Below are positions 1 to 11,800 of a stretch of DNA of 64,000 nucleotides, piece after piece. This DNA comes from Paraspadella gotoi (Eukaryota > Animalia > Chaetognatha). The notes under the pieces were generated by a model. The model did no database searches and was not told the DNA's origin. It was given only the letters and a program-made list of their open reading frames with translations. The DNA lies in assembly GCA_051294375.1 (NCBI GenBank), contig CM119264.1, positions 20,240,248 to 20,304,247 of the forward strand, given 5' to 3'. Positions within the stretch are counted from its first letter, which is position 1. The number at the start of each line of letters is the position of its first letter. The translations under genes and the position numbers were made by a program.

Positions 1-2218
1 AAATTTTGACTAACTTAATGACTTTAATTTTTTAATAAAAATTATATTTTTTATATCAACTTTTTGCAAGGAATGCGAATCCGGGATAAAAATTTTTAAA
101 TTATTATTTTTTAACTTTAGCCTAATTTTTATTTATAGTTATTAATAAATATAGTTAACTTTTAATAAAACCTAAAATTGAAAAATAAATTTACCAAAAT
201 ATTTTTATATATAATATAAAATTTGTTTGTTTTGATAAAACGTAAACAAAACATATTTAATAACTGTCCAGACTCAATTTTAAGCAAATCGATGATGAGA
301 AGATGTATATAAATTTTCAGCTTCATAAACCCAAATTTAATCATAAAAAAGGCGATCTATAATTTGGAACGCCGACGACGACGACGACGACGACGCCACT
401 TATGCGCAAAAGTGTTACAATATCGTCGCAAACGCTTAGCGATTGCGACGATAAAAAAGTTTTTGCAATTGAATTTTACATTAAAAGTTTAGTTTGTTTT
501 GTATTGGAAAAATTATGTTGAACTTTAAATACATATTAAATTTTAATACCTATAGTAACAGTGTTAGTATTTGAAAACAAAAAGCATAGTGATAAAGTAG
601 AAATAATATTATCTATTATATACAAACTGCATAATTTGAGTTCTGATACTTGTGGTACAATTACTGATTTGTTCAATAATGAATATCCTGTTTGTCTCTT
701 TGTATGAATTAATATCCAAATTCTTTGGATTAAAAAAAAATACTTCAATATGTTTCAATATATTGATTGCTACAACTTATATATTTTATCTTCAAAAAAA
801 AAAATATTTTTGAGTATTTTTTTTAATTTAAAAAAATCATAATTCATATACCGATAAGAATTTTAAATGAAACATGTACAGTTTTTTACGCTTTAATGAT
901 TAAAACTGGTTTCGAGTATACTTAAAGCCCTTCGACATATTAAAAAAATGCCATAATTTTTCAGTTTTTCAGCATTTTTTGAAAAGTTGGCAGCATTTCC
1001 CATAATTTTTTTTAATAAAGGAATATTGTAAAACATCCGCGCATGTATGAAGCTCGTTTTGAGCCCTACTACTAAGCTGGATCACAAACTTCAAATTTTC
1101 TGGCAGGGTCTACTAGATATACCAATATTATTTCGGTTCTTACGTGTGTGTTCGTCTAAATTTTTACCTTGTCAGAGTCAGAGACCGATTTTATTTCTAT
1201 AATCGTGGTTTCTTATAACACAAAATTAACGTTGTTCGCTGTTTCGTGATATCGACAACGTTTTTTCCTAAACACCGGCCAAGTCTGATGCTCGTCCTGG
1301 ATATCTTTGAGGCGACTTACGACCGGTTTAGAGAGAGAGAGAGACCGGTCGTGAGTCGCCTCATCTTGTAAGAAAATGAGAGGGTACTGCAGTAGCCGGT
1401 AGCCGACCAAATTCAAGATTTTAGATGGAGAAGCAGCAAAAGTAAACTAAATCCCATTATTGGTATTGAAATTATTGTGTTAAAATATGTTATTTGTTGG
1501 GCAAAAAATGTTTGCGCGAACGCTTGAAAGTAATTCGCTAAATTAAATGATTATTGATAGTCTAGCTAAATAATGTCAAAATGTTTTTGGGGCATATTTT
1601 AAGTTTTTTTAATTGATTCTGATAGAGGGCTTAAAAAGTTAAGCAAAAATAATTATCGTTACAGGCTAAATTTATTAAACAGTTTTGTTATTATTAGATA
1701 TAATAGTAAAAACTGGCTGAAAGATCATCGGATGATGATCGAATGATGATGATGATTTTTATAAGGTTTTTTCTTTTTTTAAACGGACCACATTATCATC
1801 AAAATAATTGAAAAAGAATTATACTTTGTGTAGAATAACTTTTCATAAGCTAATTTGAATCTGCTTTTAAAAATAAAAAAATTCAAAAATAATTTTTTGA
1901 CATGTTTCATATCTATAAATAAATATTTAAAAAAATTAATTACTAAATGCTTCTTGCCATTTTAGAAAAATTTTGGCTCCATTTGGAATAGTTTTTCTGC
2001 AGTAATGTAATGAAGTGTGTCCATTTGAAAAGGTTCCCCAAGATCAAACTTCTGACACCACCCGCATTGACCGAAGTTTGGCTCAAGTTATGTAGAATCC
2101 GTTATAATTTTATCACGATTTAGTGCGCGCCGCAGCGTTTCAGCTAAAACTTGGAATTCTAAACAACAGTGGCAACACATCGCCATACGTAAATTTTTTT
2201 TAACCCCATATTTCTTAC

Positions 2219-2361
2219 TCCAATTGCGTGACGTTTTCCGCCACGCGCTCCTTCAAGGCTCTAGCAGCTGACTCGCTGAGAGGAAACCCAAAGGTGGCTA
2301 AGTTAATGGCGCGGCGGAAGAGGCTCTCCCAAGGAAGTCTACCAAACCGTTGATGCGCCCT
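2219..2361 (-). CDS. GGT: Gamma-glutamyltranspeptidase exon 5 (gene continues beyond window start)
   Basis: tctctaacag| RAHQRFGRLPWESLFRRAINLATFGFPLSESAARALKERVAENVTQL |gtaaga; H.RFG.LPW..LF..AI.LA..GF motif; no further exon recognised in 1-2200. Confidence 0.93.
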
Positions 2362-2970
2362 CTGTTAGAGACGGAAAATTGGGTTAAAACTACTGCTTTA
2401 TACAGAAATATTGTTTTAACAGAGATTTAAGGAATATTAATAGGTAGATAAGCTAAAATACATTGGGGGGGAAGTCTCGTGAATTCTTCACCTATACCGA
2501 CGTGACGTATTTATGATTTATTATTTTTATTATTATGATATATTATATTTATTATTCGAGGCAAAGTTTTTATTTAATTCAACAACATGTTTCGACTTTT
2601 CTTCAGCGCCAAATTAGTTTGTGACAATGGACAGATTTTTTGTGTTAAAGAAGGGAGAGAGAGAGACAGAGAGAGTGAGAGAGAGAGTGAAAGATAGGGA
2701 CAGGGCAAAGTTTCCAATACAGATCTATTATTCTAAATCATAATTATATTAAATTCTAAATACAAATTCTTCGTAGGGTCAGAGTGGGCGCTCTGGTGGG
2801 AGCGGGTTCATGAGTTTAGTTTAAGCATTTTCTAGGTGTGACATATTATATCTTTTCAAATAAATTATCCTAATCACAATTGCTTTTAAATAGGTTCTCA
2901 ATTTTCATTTAATAATGCAATCCTCTCAAACAATTCGTTCTCGATCATAAAACTTGATTCAACAACTCAC

Positions 2971-3059
2971 CCAATATCCTTCTATTTCGCCCGGTACAGC
3001 TATGGCGAGCCCACCAGCAAGTGACGCCTCGTATCGCCCTTTGAACATCGTTTTATTGG
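2971..3059 (-). CDS. GGT: Gamma-glutamyltranspeptidase exon 4
   Basis: tttctttctcag| (A)NKTMFKGRYEASLAGGLAIAVPGEIEGYW |gtgagt; GGLAIAVPGE motif; phase 1->0. Confidence 0.93.
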
Positions 3060-4186
3060 CTGAGAAAGAAAAAAAGGTGCACGCAAGGCGATGAAAAATT
3101 GGAAGGCGGCGTGAAGAAGGGAAGGCAAGGGTAAAAAATGTAAGACTAAGTGAAAGAGTCAGCTAAGAACCTTGCGACAAAACAACAGTTAAAAATTCCG
3201 AATGGATCATCCAAATTCAGGTCCATAAAGTGAGTAACCAGTGGCTGCGCCAGTACATATAAATCGCTTTCAAGTGCTTAAACTGAATTTTACAATTTCG
3301 CGAAAGTGATTTAGAAGAATGATTATCTATAGGCTTATTTGACAAGGTCATACTAGAATCAGCGGACTATGGTTCGGAGGGAAGGGTGAGCCGACCGACA
3401 CTCGCCTTTTTTCCAAAAACTCTTCAATTTTCTCACGTCTCATGACTCGCCTAACTCCTCATATTTTCGTTTTGCTCCGCCTGAATTCAAAGAAAGACTC
3501 CCAAATAATTTTTCCGATTCATATCTCCGTTCACTTTTTCCTGTCAATTCATTTTAGTTTATTTTTCCCTTAACTTTTTTTTGCTTCGTTTTCTTTATCA
3601 TTTCTGCACCTTTATCCTTCTAACATTAGTTCTTTTTCTCAGCTTTGTTCAATTTTACTTTCTCATTTCCACCACCTATTTTTTAAGTAACAATAGACGC
3701 TCCCATCCGTATATTTCCCAATAAACTTATCGACCCTCGATGAAATTACACCTTTACTTTAGCCTTTCTTTCCCGAATTTACACGTTTCCTCTCCCATTG
3801 GTTTCCTATCACTTCTAATTTTTTTAACGCTGTTTTTACTTATTTTTCTGTTACTTTTTTGTTTTTATCTTAGTATTTTTTGGTAGGTTCTCTCGTCAGT
3901 TGAAAAATATTTTTCCAACTTGTTTTTCCATTTCTTGTTTTCCAAATTTTTTACTATTTTTTTCCTCTTTTCCGGGGACTCGGTGTTTAAGCTTTAAAGG
4001 TCAAGAGTTGTGACCGCAATTCGACTGAAATGTTATGAGGGGTCGACTCGCGTCTTTCATTTAGATTTTTGGAGCCTTTCACGTTAAAATCGTTCAGCTT
4101 AGTTCTAGATATAAATAAATCCAAGTTCTTTATTTTTTGTTAAATTATGAATTAGATAGAGATTACACATGGGAGTACAGGTACAG

Positions 4187-4700
4187 NNNNNNNNNNNNNN
4201 NNNNNNNNNNNNNNNNNNNNNNNNNNNNNNNNNNNNNNNNNNNNNNNNNNNNNNNNNNNNNNNNNNNNNNNNNNNNNNNNNNNNNNNNNNNNNNNNNNNN
4301 NNNNNNNNNNNNNNNNNNNNNNNNNNNNNNNNNNNNNNNNNNNNNNNNNNNNNNNNNNNNNNNNNNNNNNNNNNNNNNNNNNNNNNNNNNNNNNNNNNNN
4401 NNNNNNNNNNNNNNNNNNNNNNNNNNNNNNNNNNNNNNNNNNNNNNNNNNNNNNNNNNNNNNNNNNNNNNNNNNNNNNNNNNNNNNNNNNNNNNNNNNNN
4501 NNNNNNNNNNNNNNNNNNNNNNNNNNNNNNNNNNNNNNNNNNNNNNNNNNNNNNNNNNNNNNNNNNNNNNNNNNNNNNNNNNNNNNNNNNNNNNNNNNNN
4601 NNNNNNNNNNNNNNNNNNNNNNNNNNNNNNNNNNNNNNNNNNNNNNNNNNNNNNNNNNNNNNNNNNNNNNNNNNNNNNNNNNNNNNNNNNNNNNNNNNNN
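4187..4700. other. Assembly gap (others: 6025-6049, 8048-8072, 22835-23116, 23205-23412, 62673-62682)
   Basis: N runs. Confidence 1.
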
Positions 4701-5045
4701 TAATTCATTATCTCGGTACATGCGATGACTCTCAAAGAATTGTTATATTATGCTTATGGTAGACTAAAATCCACCAATCAGCAGCCATTGGTGCCGGAGA
4801 CAAGTCATCTAAAATCATTCAATCATTCAAATAAATTTTTGTTTTGGACTCCCACTCTAGTGACCGCAATTCGACTGATAATGTTATGAGGGTCCGACTC
4901 GCTCTTCATTTAGATTTTTTGGAGCCTTTCACGTTAAAATCGTTTCAGCTTAGTTCTAGATATAAATAAATCCAAGTTCTTTATTTTTTGTATATTATGA
5001 ATTAGAGGATGTACACATGGAGTACAGGTACAGTATTTTTATTTA

Positions 5046-5087
5046 TGACCAATATTTCGATCCATTGACAGATCATCTTCAGGGCCA
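5046..5087 (-). ncRNA. Minimal type I hammerhead ribozyme of the Penelope-like element type
   Basis: uggcc-CUGAAGA-u-GAUC(ugucaaug)GAUC-GAAA-UAUU-gguca: core boxes, stem I, stem II, palindromic minimal stem III, followed by AAUAAA. Confidence 0.75.
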
Positions 5088-5198
5088 AGGATCGACAATA
5101 TCTTGTCATAAATAAAAATACTGTACCTGTACTCCCAGTGTTCATCTCTAAATCATTATCTCGTACATGCGATGACTCTCAAAGAATTTTATCATTAT

Positions 5199-5421
5199 TG
5201 CTTATGGTAGACTAAAATCCACCAATCAGCAGCCATTGGGCCGGAGACGTCAATCGCCTCCCAACCAAAGTCCGGGTTTACCCGGGTGGTCGCCTAGCAG
5301 GTAAGAAGGACGCGGCGCTTAACCCGCTCTGTAACATGGTGTTACAGCCTGATCGTAAGCTCAGACTGCTTATATTGAGATGGTTCTGTCACTAACAAAC
5401 AATAAATTACTGCTCTCTTCA
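5199..5421 (+). mobile_element. Solo LTR of the TRIM family
   Basis: Colinear with 30081-30316 (ggtagactaaaatccacc...ctcttca); partial duplicate at ~4750-4808. Confidence 0.8.
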
Positions 5422-7053
5422 TGAAGGCGTAGTGAAAGTTACATACAAAAATTCTAAAATCAAGTTATGAACAACATACCATCAGTGAACATTAATTGTA
5501 AAAAAAAAATTAATTTATGTTTTTAATTTCGCAGTAGGCTATATTATATATATTACTATCTTTATAAAATCGAAAAATTTCAAATAGGCTTTCTTAATTT
5601 AATTGCAGATTTTAATTCCTCGCAAAATTTATAAAGAATAAATAATCATTTTAAAAATTCTTTCATTAATGCGGTTAAAAATTAAAAAACTATATTTAAT
5701 ATATAAAAAATTAATTTTCAGCTTAAATATTAGTTTTTCTAATTTTTGACCACTTAATGAAGGAATTTTTCAAAAAGAGTTATATTTCTTTCCATCAACT
5801 TTTTATGACGAATCCAAATCTGCAAAAAAATCTTAGAAAACTGTTTTGAAATTTTAACATTTATTGGTTTAGTACTAGTATAAATATGTCCTACTGCGTA
5901 AATTGCTAAAATTTATTATAAATTTTTTTTATACATAAATGTTTCATAAGTATAATGTTGTTCTTGTCCTCACTTTTAGAATTTTTAATTAAAGTTAAAC
6001 TTAGGAATTTTACTACGCCTTTACNNNNNNNNNNNNNNNNNNNNNNNNNTCTTCATGCTTTAAAATAAATTTTACATATATACAATCTGATAATTCGTCT
6101 ATTTTATATTAACTTAAAATGTAAAATGTGAAAACTAAACATAATTTCTAAACTAACGCTCTCTCACGTTGGCCACTTGCCCTTCTTTGTGTCCAGCCCC
6201 TAATTTTTCGTTCGAGTCGTCGCCAGGTCAAAGGTCACAAGTCAAACGAGTTTCGGTCGAACCCTTTAGTCCCTCGAGTCTCACGCCATCATTGAAAGCG
6301 AAGACTAGAAAAACCAATTTTCATTGCGACTAAAAATATTTATGAAACAAATTATATCGAATTCTTAAACGAAAGGCTTTGCAAAAATCGCCACCACTGT
6401 CATCATGGGCCTTCGCTTCTTTTCATTCCCACCTCCCCCCATTCTCTCTCTTTTTTTCAGATATTCAGGTTGTTCAACTTTCTCTCTCTCTCACCTTCTC
6501 TCCTGATCTCATTTTCAAGCACACAGCGCACGCTTACTTTTTCAATCAATCAACGGCGACTTCCAGCCACAAAGAGAATTTTTTTCCCTCGTGCCCGCTC
6601 CTGTTCGCTACTGGCCCCCCTCCCCTCAGATCTCGTTCTCTCCTTCCCCAACTCTCTTTCTCTCTTTTTTTCTGCCTCAATGTTTAGGCGAGCAAAAGGG
6701 CGCGGTGCGTCATTCGAACGCAGAGCATTTAACCGCCCACGATGCCGACATTGCCGCCCTCGACACGACGCCCTTGACACGAGACTTGAATATCAATTCT
6801 CATACCCACGGGCGGCGATGTCATCTTCGTCAGAACGACACCACCTGCTGTATCGGTCCAATGACCAGTAAATAAGCGACAAAATAATCACAAAATTAAC
6901 TCTTAAGCGTTGATCCTTTAAGTCATCAATGATGATATAACTTCCCTCCAGTGAACGTATTCTATTGCAATAGTTTTCAAGGAAAGCAGAGAAGCAAACG
7001 GGCATTCAACTTTCCCTCCCAATTTTTTGAGTCACACTTCCCTTTACCCTCAC

Positions 7054-7200
7054 CTTTAGACGGCGCAGTCTCTCGAGCGTCGACGACGTAAACTTCTTGC
7101 GACGTTCTATTGTAAATCGTCATGAAAAATCCCCCACCGATTCCCATCGAATGGATACTATAGAAGCCGTTGCATAGCAATGTCACTATGGCCGCGTCCA
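7054..7200 (-). CDS. GGT: Gamma-glutamyltranspeptidase exon 3
   Basis: ccctatag| (V)DAAIVTLLCNGFYSIHSMGIGGGFFMTIYNRTSQEVYVVDARETAPSK |gtgagg; VDAAI, GIGGGFF and DARETAP signatures; phase 1->1. Confidence 0.95.
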
Positions 7201-7205
7201 CTATA

Positions 7206-7730
7206 GGGATAGGGGTAGGGAGGGTGTTGTTGATGACCAAGAGGCCCGCGTTAGGGTTAGGCTTAGGGAAGGTACTGGCGAGGGACATTAGGGATTAGGG
7301 TTGAGGCACGGAGATGTACGGGAGGCCTGGGCCCGGTTTAGGGTTAGGGTTGGGAGAGAGGCCCGTGGGTTATATATCAAAGGCAATTAGGGTTAGGGTT
7401 GAGGTAAGGAGATGTACAGGAGGCCTGGGCCCGGTTTAGGCTTAGGGTTGGGAGAGAGGCCCGTGGGTCATATATCAAAGGCAATTAGGGTTAGGCGGTT
7501 AGGGTTAGGGTTGAGGCATGGAGATGTACGGGAGGCCCAGGCCCGGGTTAGGGTTGAGGCACAGAGTTGAACGGGAGGTTTGGTTTAGGGTTAGGGTTAG
7601 GAGAGGAGCCTGAAGGTGATGTTCATTTCATTATATTCGCTACTTTTATCACTGGCGAGGTCGCCAGTGGGGGGACTGGCGACATCGCCAAAGCCCTGGC
7701 GATATCGCCATGGCGAAGTCGCCAACCAAC
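7206..7730. repeat. TA-flanked insertion with TTAGGG-rich ~74-bp tandem units and a palindromic TGGCGA..TCGCCA array
   Basis: ttagggttagggttg repeats 7250-7600; four tggcgaNNtcgcca palindromes 7652-7724; TA at 7204-7205 and 7731-7732. Confidence 0.7.
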
Positions 7731-8819
7731 TAGAACCTAAAAATAAAAAACAATTATTTTAAAATTTAACAAATCTATAAGGATATTACTACATAAATAA
7801 TACTATACTATTATTATGTTAAAAAATTTTTAAAAGGATTTAAAATTTATTAATTATGTATCCATATGCAGCAAAAAAATGTTCAATTGATCAATCTTTT
7901 CATCACTCCACCCTAATTAGCCATAGCCGATGAAATTTAAAATATTCTATCATGACCATAGGTTATGGTATTAAAATATTTTTTGTAGAGCCTATCTGAT
8001 TGACGAAATTTTTTTTTATCTTGTTGTCCATTTGAATAGTTATTACCNNNNNNNNNNNNNNNNNNNNNNNNNTCCAAAAATCTTTCTTTCCGAGGTACTA
8101 GCCTAATTAAAAATATATATTACTATATAGAGCAAATTTTTTTTAAATTTAAAATTTTTTGATGGATTCTGATAGAGAGCATAAAAAGTTAAAAAAGAAA
8201 TATAATTACAGCTTTAAAAATTCTTACGTTTTCTAAGTAAATATAAAAACAAGTTGAGCAAACAATGTCGGATCTGCCTACGATAAATTAATTAATTAAT
8301 TGATTTAATTAATTAATTAATAAATTAATAATTAATAATTAATAGATTAATTAATTAATAGATTAATTAATAATTAATTATATAGATTAATTATAATTAT
8401 ATTCACTTGTACTATCACGATGTCCTTAAATTGAGTCAGGACAGTTATTAAATGTTTTGTTTAACATTTTATCAAAACAAACAAATAGTCCTCTATTATC
8501 GAGCAGGCGGGCAAAGCCCGTCCTGTCTAGATTTTTTCGGTTTAGCTTATCCGCGTCTCGCTATAATTTAGCATCATGGCTTCTGAAAAGTGTGATATCA
8601 TAGGGAGTTGAATTTTCATATATGGCTTCTAATCATCAGATCTTAAAATTCTCAGTTTCATATCAATATTGGTATTGTTTATGTTTTATTTACTAAAACA
8701 AAAACGTTTTAAATTATATGTCGCTCTCCTCTCTCTTCTCTTTTTCTCCGTCACTGCTCTTCTAAAAACGATTCCGGCTCCTGAGCGTCTGTCCAAGCTT
8801 CTTTTCTCTCTCTCTTCTG

Positions 8820-8851
<32 letters not shown>

Positions 8852-9360
8852 TTTACAAAAAAATTTTTAATTATATGTGGGTTCGAACTAATGTTAAAAA
8901 AATGATGCCAGCGAACAGTGCACGAACCCGGGTCCTTTGGTAGAGAATAGCTCACGCTACGTGCGGCGCCATGAAGTACTGCTGATTTTAACGAGTTAAA
9001 GGGGCTGTAGAGCTTCTCTCTCTCTCTCTCTTTTAATTATTATATATCGCTCTTCTCTTTCTCTTTTTCTCTGCAGCGGTCTTGTCTCTCCTCTCTCTCT
9101 TCTCTCTCTCTCTCTGTCTCTCTGTCTCTCTGTGTGTTGTCTGTCCATATCTGTCGATCTTTTGCTGATCGTTTGTTTTTTTTAAAAATTCTATTTATTT
9201 TTTCCTTCTAAAAACTTTTTATTTGCCATTTGATTCCGCGCTTTTTCAATACACAATCCAATTGTCATCCGAATTCGTTGGATTTATTCTCTTTCTTTCT
9301 CTCTCTTCTCTCTCTCTCTCTCTTTCTTCTCTCCTCTCTCTTTCTTTCTCTCTCTCTCTT

Positions 9361-9398
<38 letters not shown>

Positions 9399-11069
9399 TC
9401 TTTCAACTCATACACGCATTGTTTTTTTATTGACGTATCATCGCATCAATGAAATGACAATCATCGCATCAATGAATCAAATCATCGCATCACTGAATGA
9501 CTATATCACAGAGTGATGACATCATCGCATCAATAATTGATTATCATCGAATCATAATCAATTCCTATACATCAATAATACTATTACAATCAATCAATTA
9601 GTATTAACCTCAATCAATTACTAGTACATCAACAATTCGTTATCGCATGATTCATCGTTTTTTCCCTGGTTTTTTATTAATTTTCTAATAGTGGGCTCGG
9701 CCATCTTGAGTCTTTTAAGATTTTTTATTTATTCTCCTTCTCTCTCTTGCTCCTCACTCTCTCTTCCCTCTCTCCGCTCTGAATCGTTCGAACCAAACAA
9801 GTCGCATGTCCTGCCAATTTATTTTTTCACTAAAAACTGACTGAAATCGGCCCGTGGCTCAACTGGACTTAGAGAGTGCTCAAAATTACTATAAGAAACA
9901 ATTGAGGAATATGCAATCTCCTCTCTTTTTTTCTTAAAAATGTTTAAATATTCGTTTGAGCATATACTCACTTTAAGTTTTTGACTCACCTCATTGAGTG
10001 CGGCTACCCCTACCCTAATGTACATAGATATAAAAGAGCTTTTAAAAAGAAAGGGTCGAGGGTTAGGCAAAGGAAAAATTCTTTAAAATAATATTTTTTT
10101 CATTTTATTTATTTCTCAGGAAATATATACGGTAGGGAGTTCCTTTCGAAACTCAGTATATTTAATATTTTCAGTTTTTTTTGGTTAACGATCATTACAA
10201 ATTACTGTAGGACAATGAAAAATAATGTGGCGAAAATGTCTCGTGCTGATTTTGTCCCTTTAAAAATGTTTCTGAGCCAAATTAATAAATTGTTACTTTT
10301 GGTAATATGTGCGATATACATTACTGGACATTACTGTGTTTGACCATAATCCTTGACCATCAACAAAAAAGCTTACAAGATCAAAAATAGTAAAAAAGAT
10401 GAAGCAATACAGCTCGAAACGCTTACAAAATTTTAGACCATTGCTTTTATAAATGCAAAAAGAATATTAATATTATTAAAACAAAACTTTAACAATAACT
10501 TAATAGTTAACCGAGACCAAGATGAATATTTTTTACCCATCATTTCCTCAATTAATATGAATCATTAGCTTGTAATTAGTCAATTAATCTAAATAACAAT
10601 ATGACAAATTCTTTTTCAATTTTTTTTATGAATGGGAAGTTTTCTCTGCTTACTCCCCCCCTTGTGTCTAATTATCTAATATTTAAGAGGTATTTTCAAA
10701 AACCTTATATAATTACTATATTTTTCACTTTTTTTCAATTCTTTCAAACAAAAACAATATCATAAAAACATTTTAAATTAATCAAAAAAAATTGATTGAA
10801 TGATTTTGAAAAAAAAATATTTTGAAACTTAAGAATAATGGATTTAGAGTTAGGAAAAAAATTGTGCAATTCTAAAAAAATCAGCCTCTAGCCTTTCGAT
10901 TTTTCTAATGGATGATTTTTTAATTTTTTTGATAATGTGATTTTTTATGCAAAACCATTATTCTCAATGAGCCTAGGTCAGACGAACTTTTTTTTTTAAC
11001 AATTTTTAAAAATTTTAACTTTTCTAATTAGGCTTTTTTGGGGGAAATAAATAAATAAATTGTTATATG

Positions 11070-11800
11070 ATGGGTACATCTGAAGGTGATATGTCTCTAA
11101 ATGATAAAAAAATTTTCTTCAAGTTTTTTTTTTAAATTTAAGTATTGTACCAATAAAAATAAGTGAGATACTCCCGCTTTGCCGAAATTTTTATTTAAAG
11201 ATTTGTACTGCGTCGTTTAAAAAAAGTTATTTTTTTAAATAACTTTTGAAAGAAAAGAGGTAGCAAAGTGGGTGTGGTATCAAATTAAAGCCCTAATCAT
11301 GGAACACCTTTCTAAAACAGTTTTATAAAATTAAATCCATGAATCTTTACACAGCTTTTGTTTAAATCAGAGTAAAAAGTGTAACAGTTTTTTGCTTTAG
11401 AAATTTCAATGAAAGAATGTAAAATTTTTATTTTCTTTTATAATTTGAAAAAAAAGAAGACTAAAATACATTTTGATTACTAATTAAATTTTTTTTATTC
11501 CATAAAATTGCTTATTTTTCAGTTAAAGTAAAAACAAACAAAAATTTATGTTGATAGGTTGATAAAATGTCTTTTTTAATATGAAAAAGATAAATAAAAA
11601 TTTTTTCAGCTTGAATAAACAGTCTGAATGTCTACCTTTTGTCTGTGAAAAAAATCGTTATTTTTATTATCTTTAACTGCAAACAAAAGCCTGACACGCT
11701 ACTTGTTTATCATAATAAAGTTTTAAAAAATATATAGCTGGCAACATATTGATAAAGCCAACATCTTGTGTTAAATTGTATTAATAATTATTTTTTTAAA
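11070..11800. repeat. Dispersed AT-rich repeat with inverted copy at ~50550-51310
   Basis: Colinear reverse-complement similarity (e.g. ccctaatcatgg(a/g)acacctttctaaa; ataaacagtctg). Confidence 0.7.

Noticed and set aside
162-344. Repeated ORF MIKFG... (also 14813-15028) and the many SLSLSL / RERERE / X-run ORFs
   Set aside because: Derived from HINE copies, GA microsatellites or N gaps.
4008-5250. Apparent tandem duplication around the N gap (4008-4186 plus 4701-4807 versus ~4859-5250)
   Set aside because: Copies flank a gap and differ mainly by indels; most likely redundant assembly around the hairpin. It would otherwise imply a second ribozyme copy, which cannot be seen.
7201-7288. ORF-track N-terminus MSLASTFPKPNPNAG... 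for GGT
   Set aside because: Read-through into the TTAGGG repeat; exon 2 ends GGSV-G and splices at 7200 to give GGSVVDAA.
7250-7600. True telomere or chromosome end
   Set aside because: Interstitial, degenerate and embedded in ~74-bp units within an intron.
7206-7730. Insertion disrupting the GGT coding exon (GSI|VDAA)
   Set aside because: Exon 2 already supplies GGSV, so the insert lies in the acceptor rather than in coding sequence.
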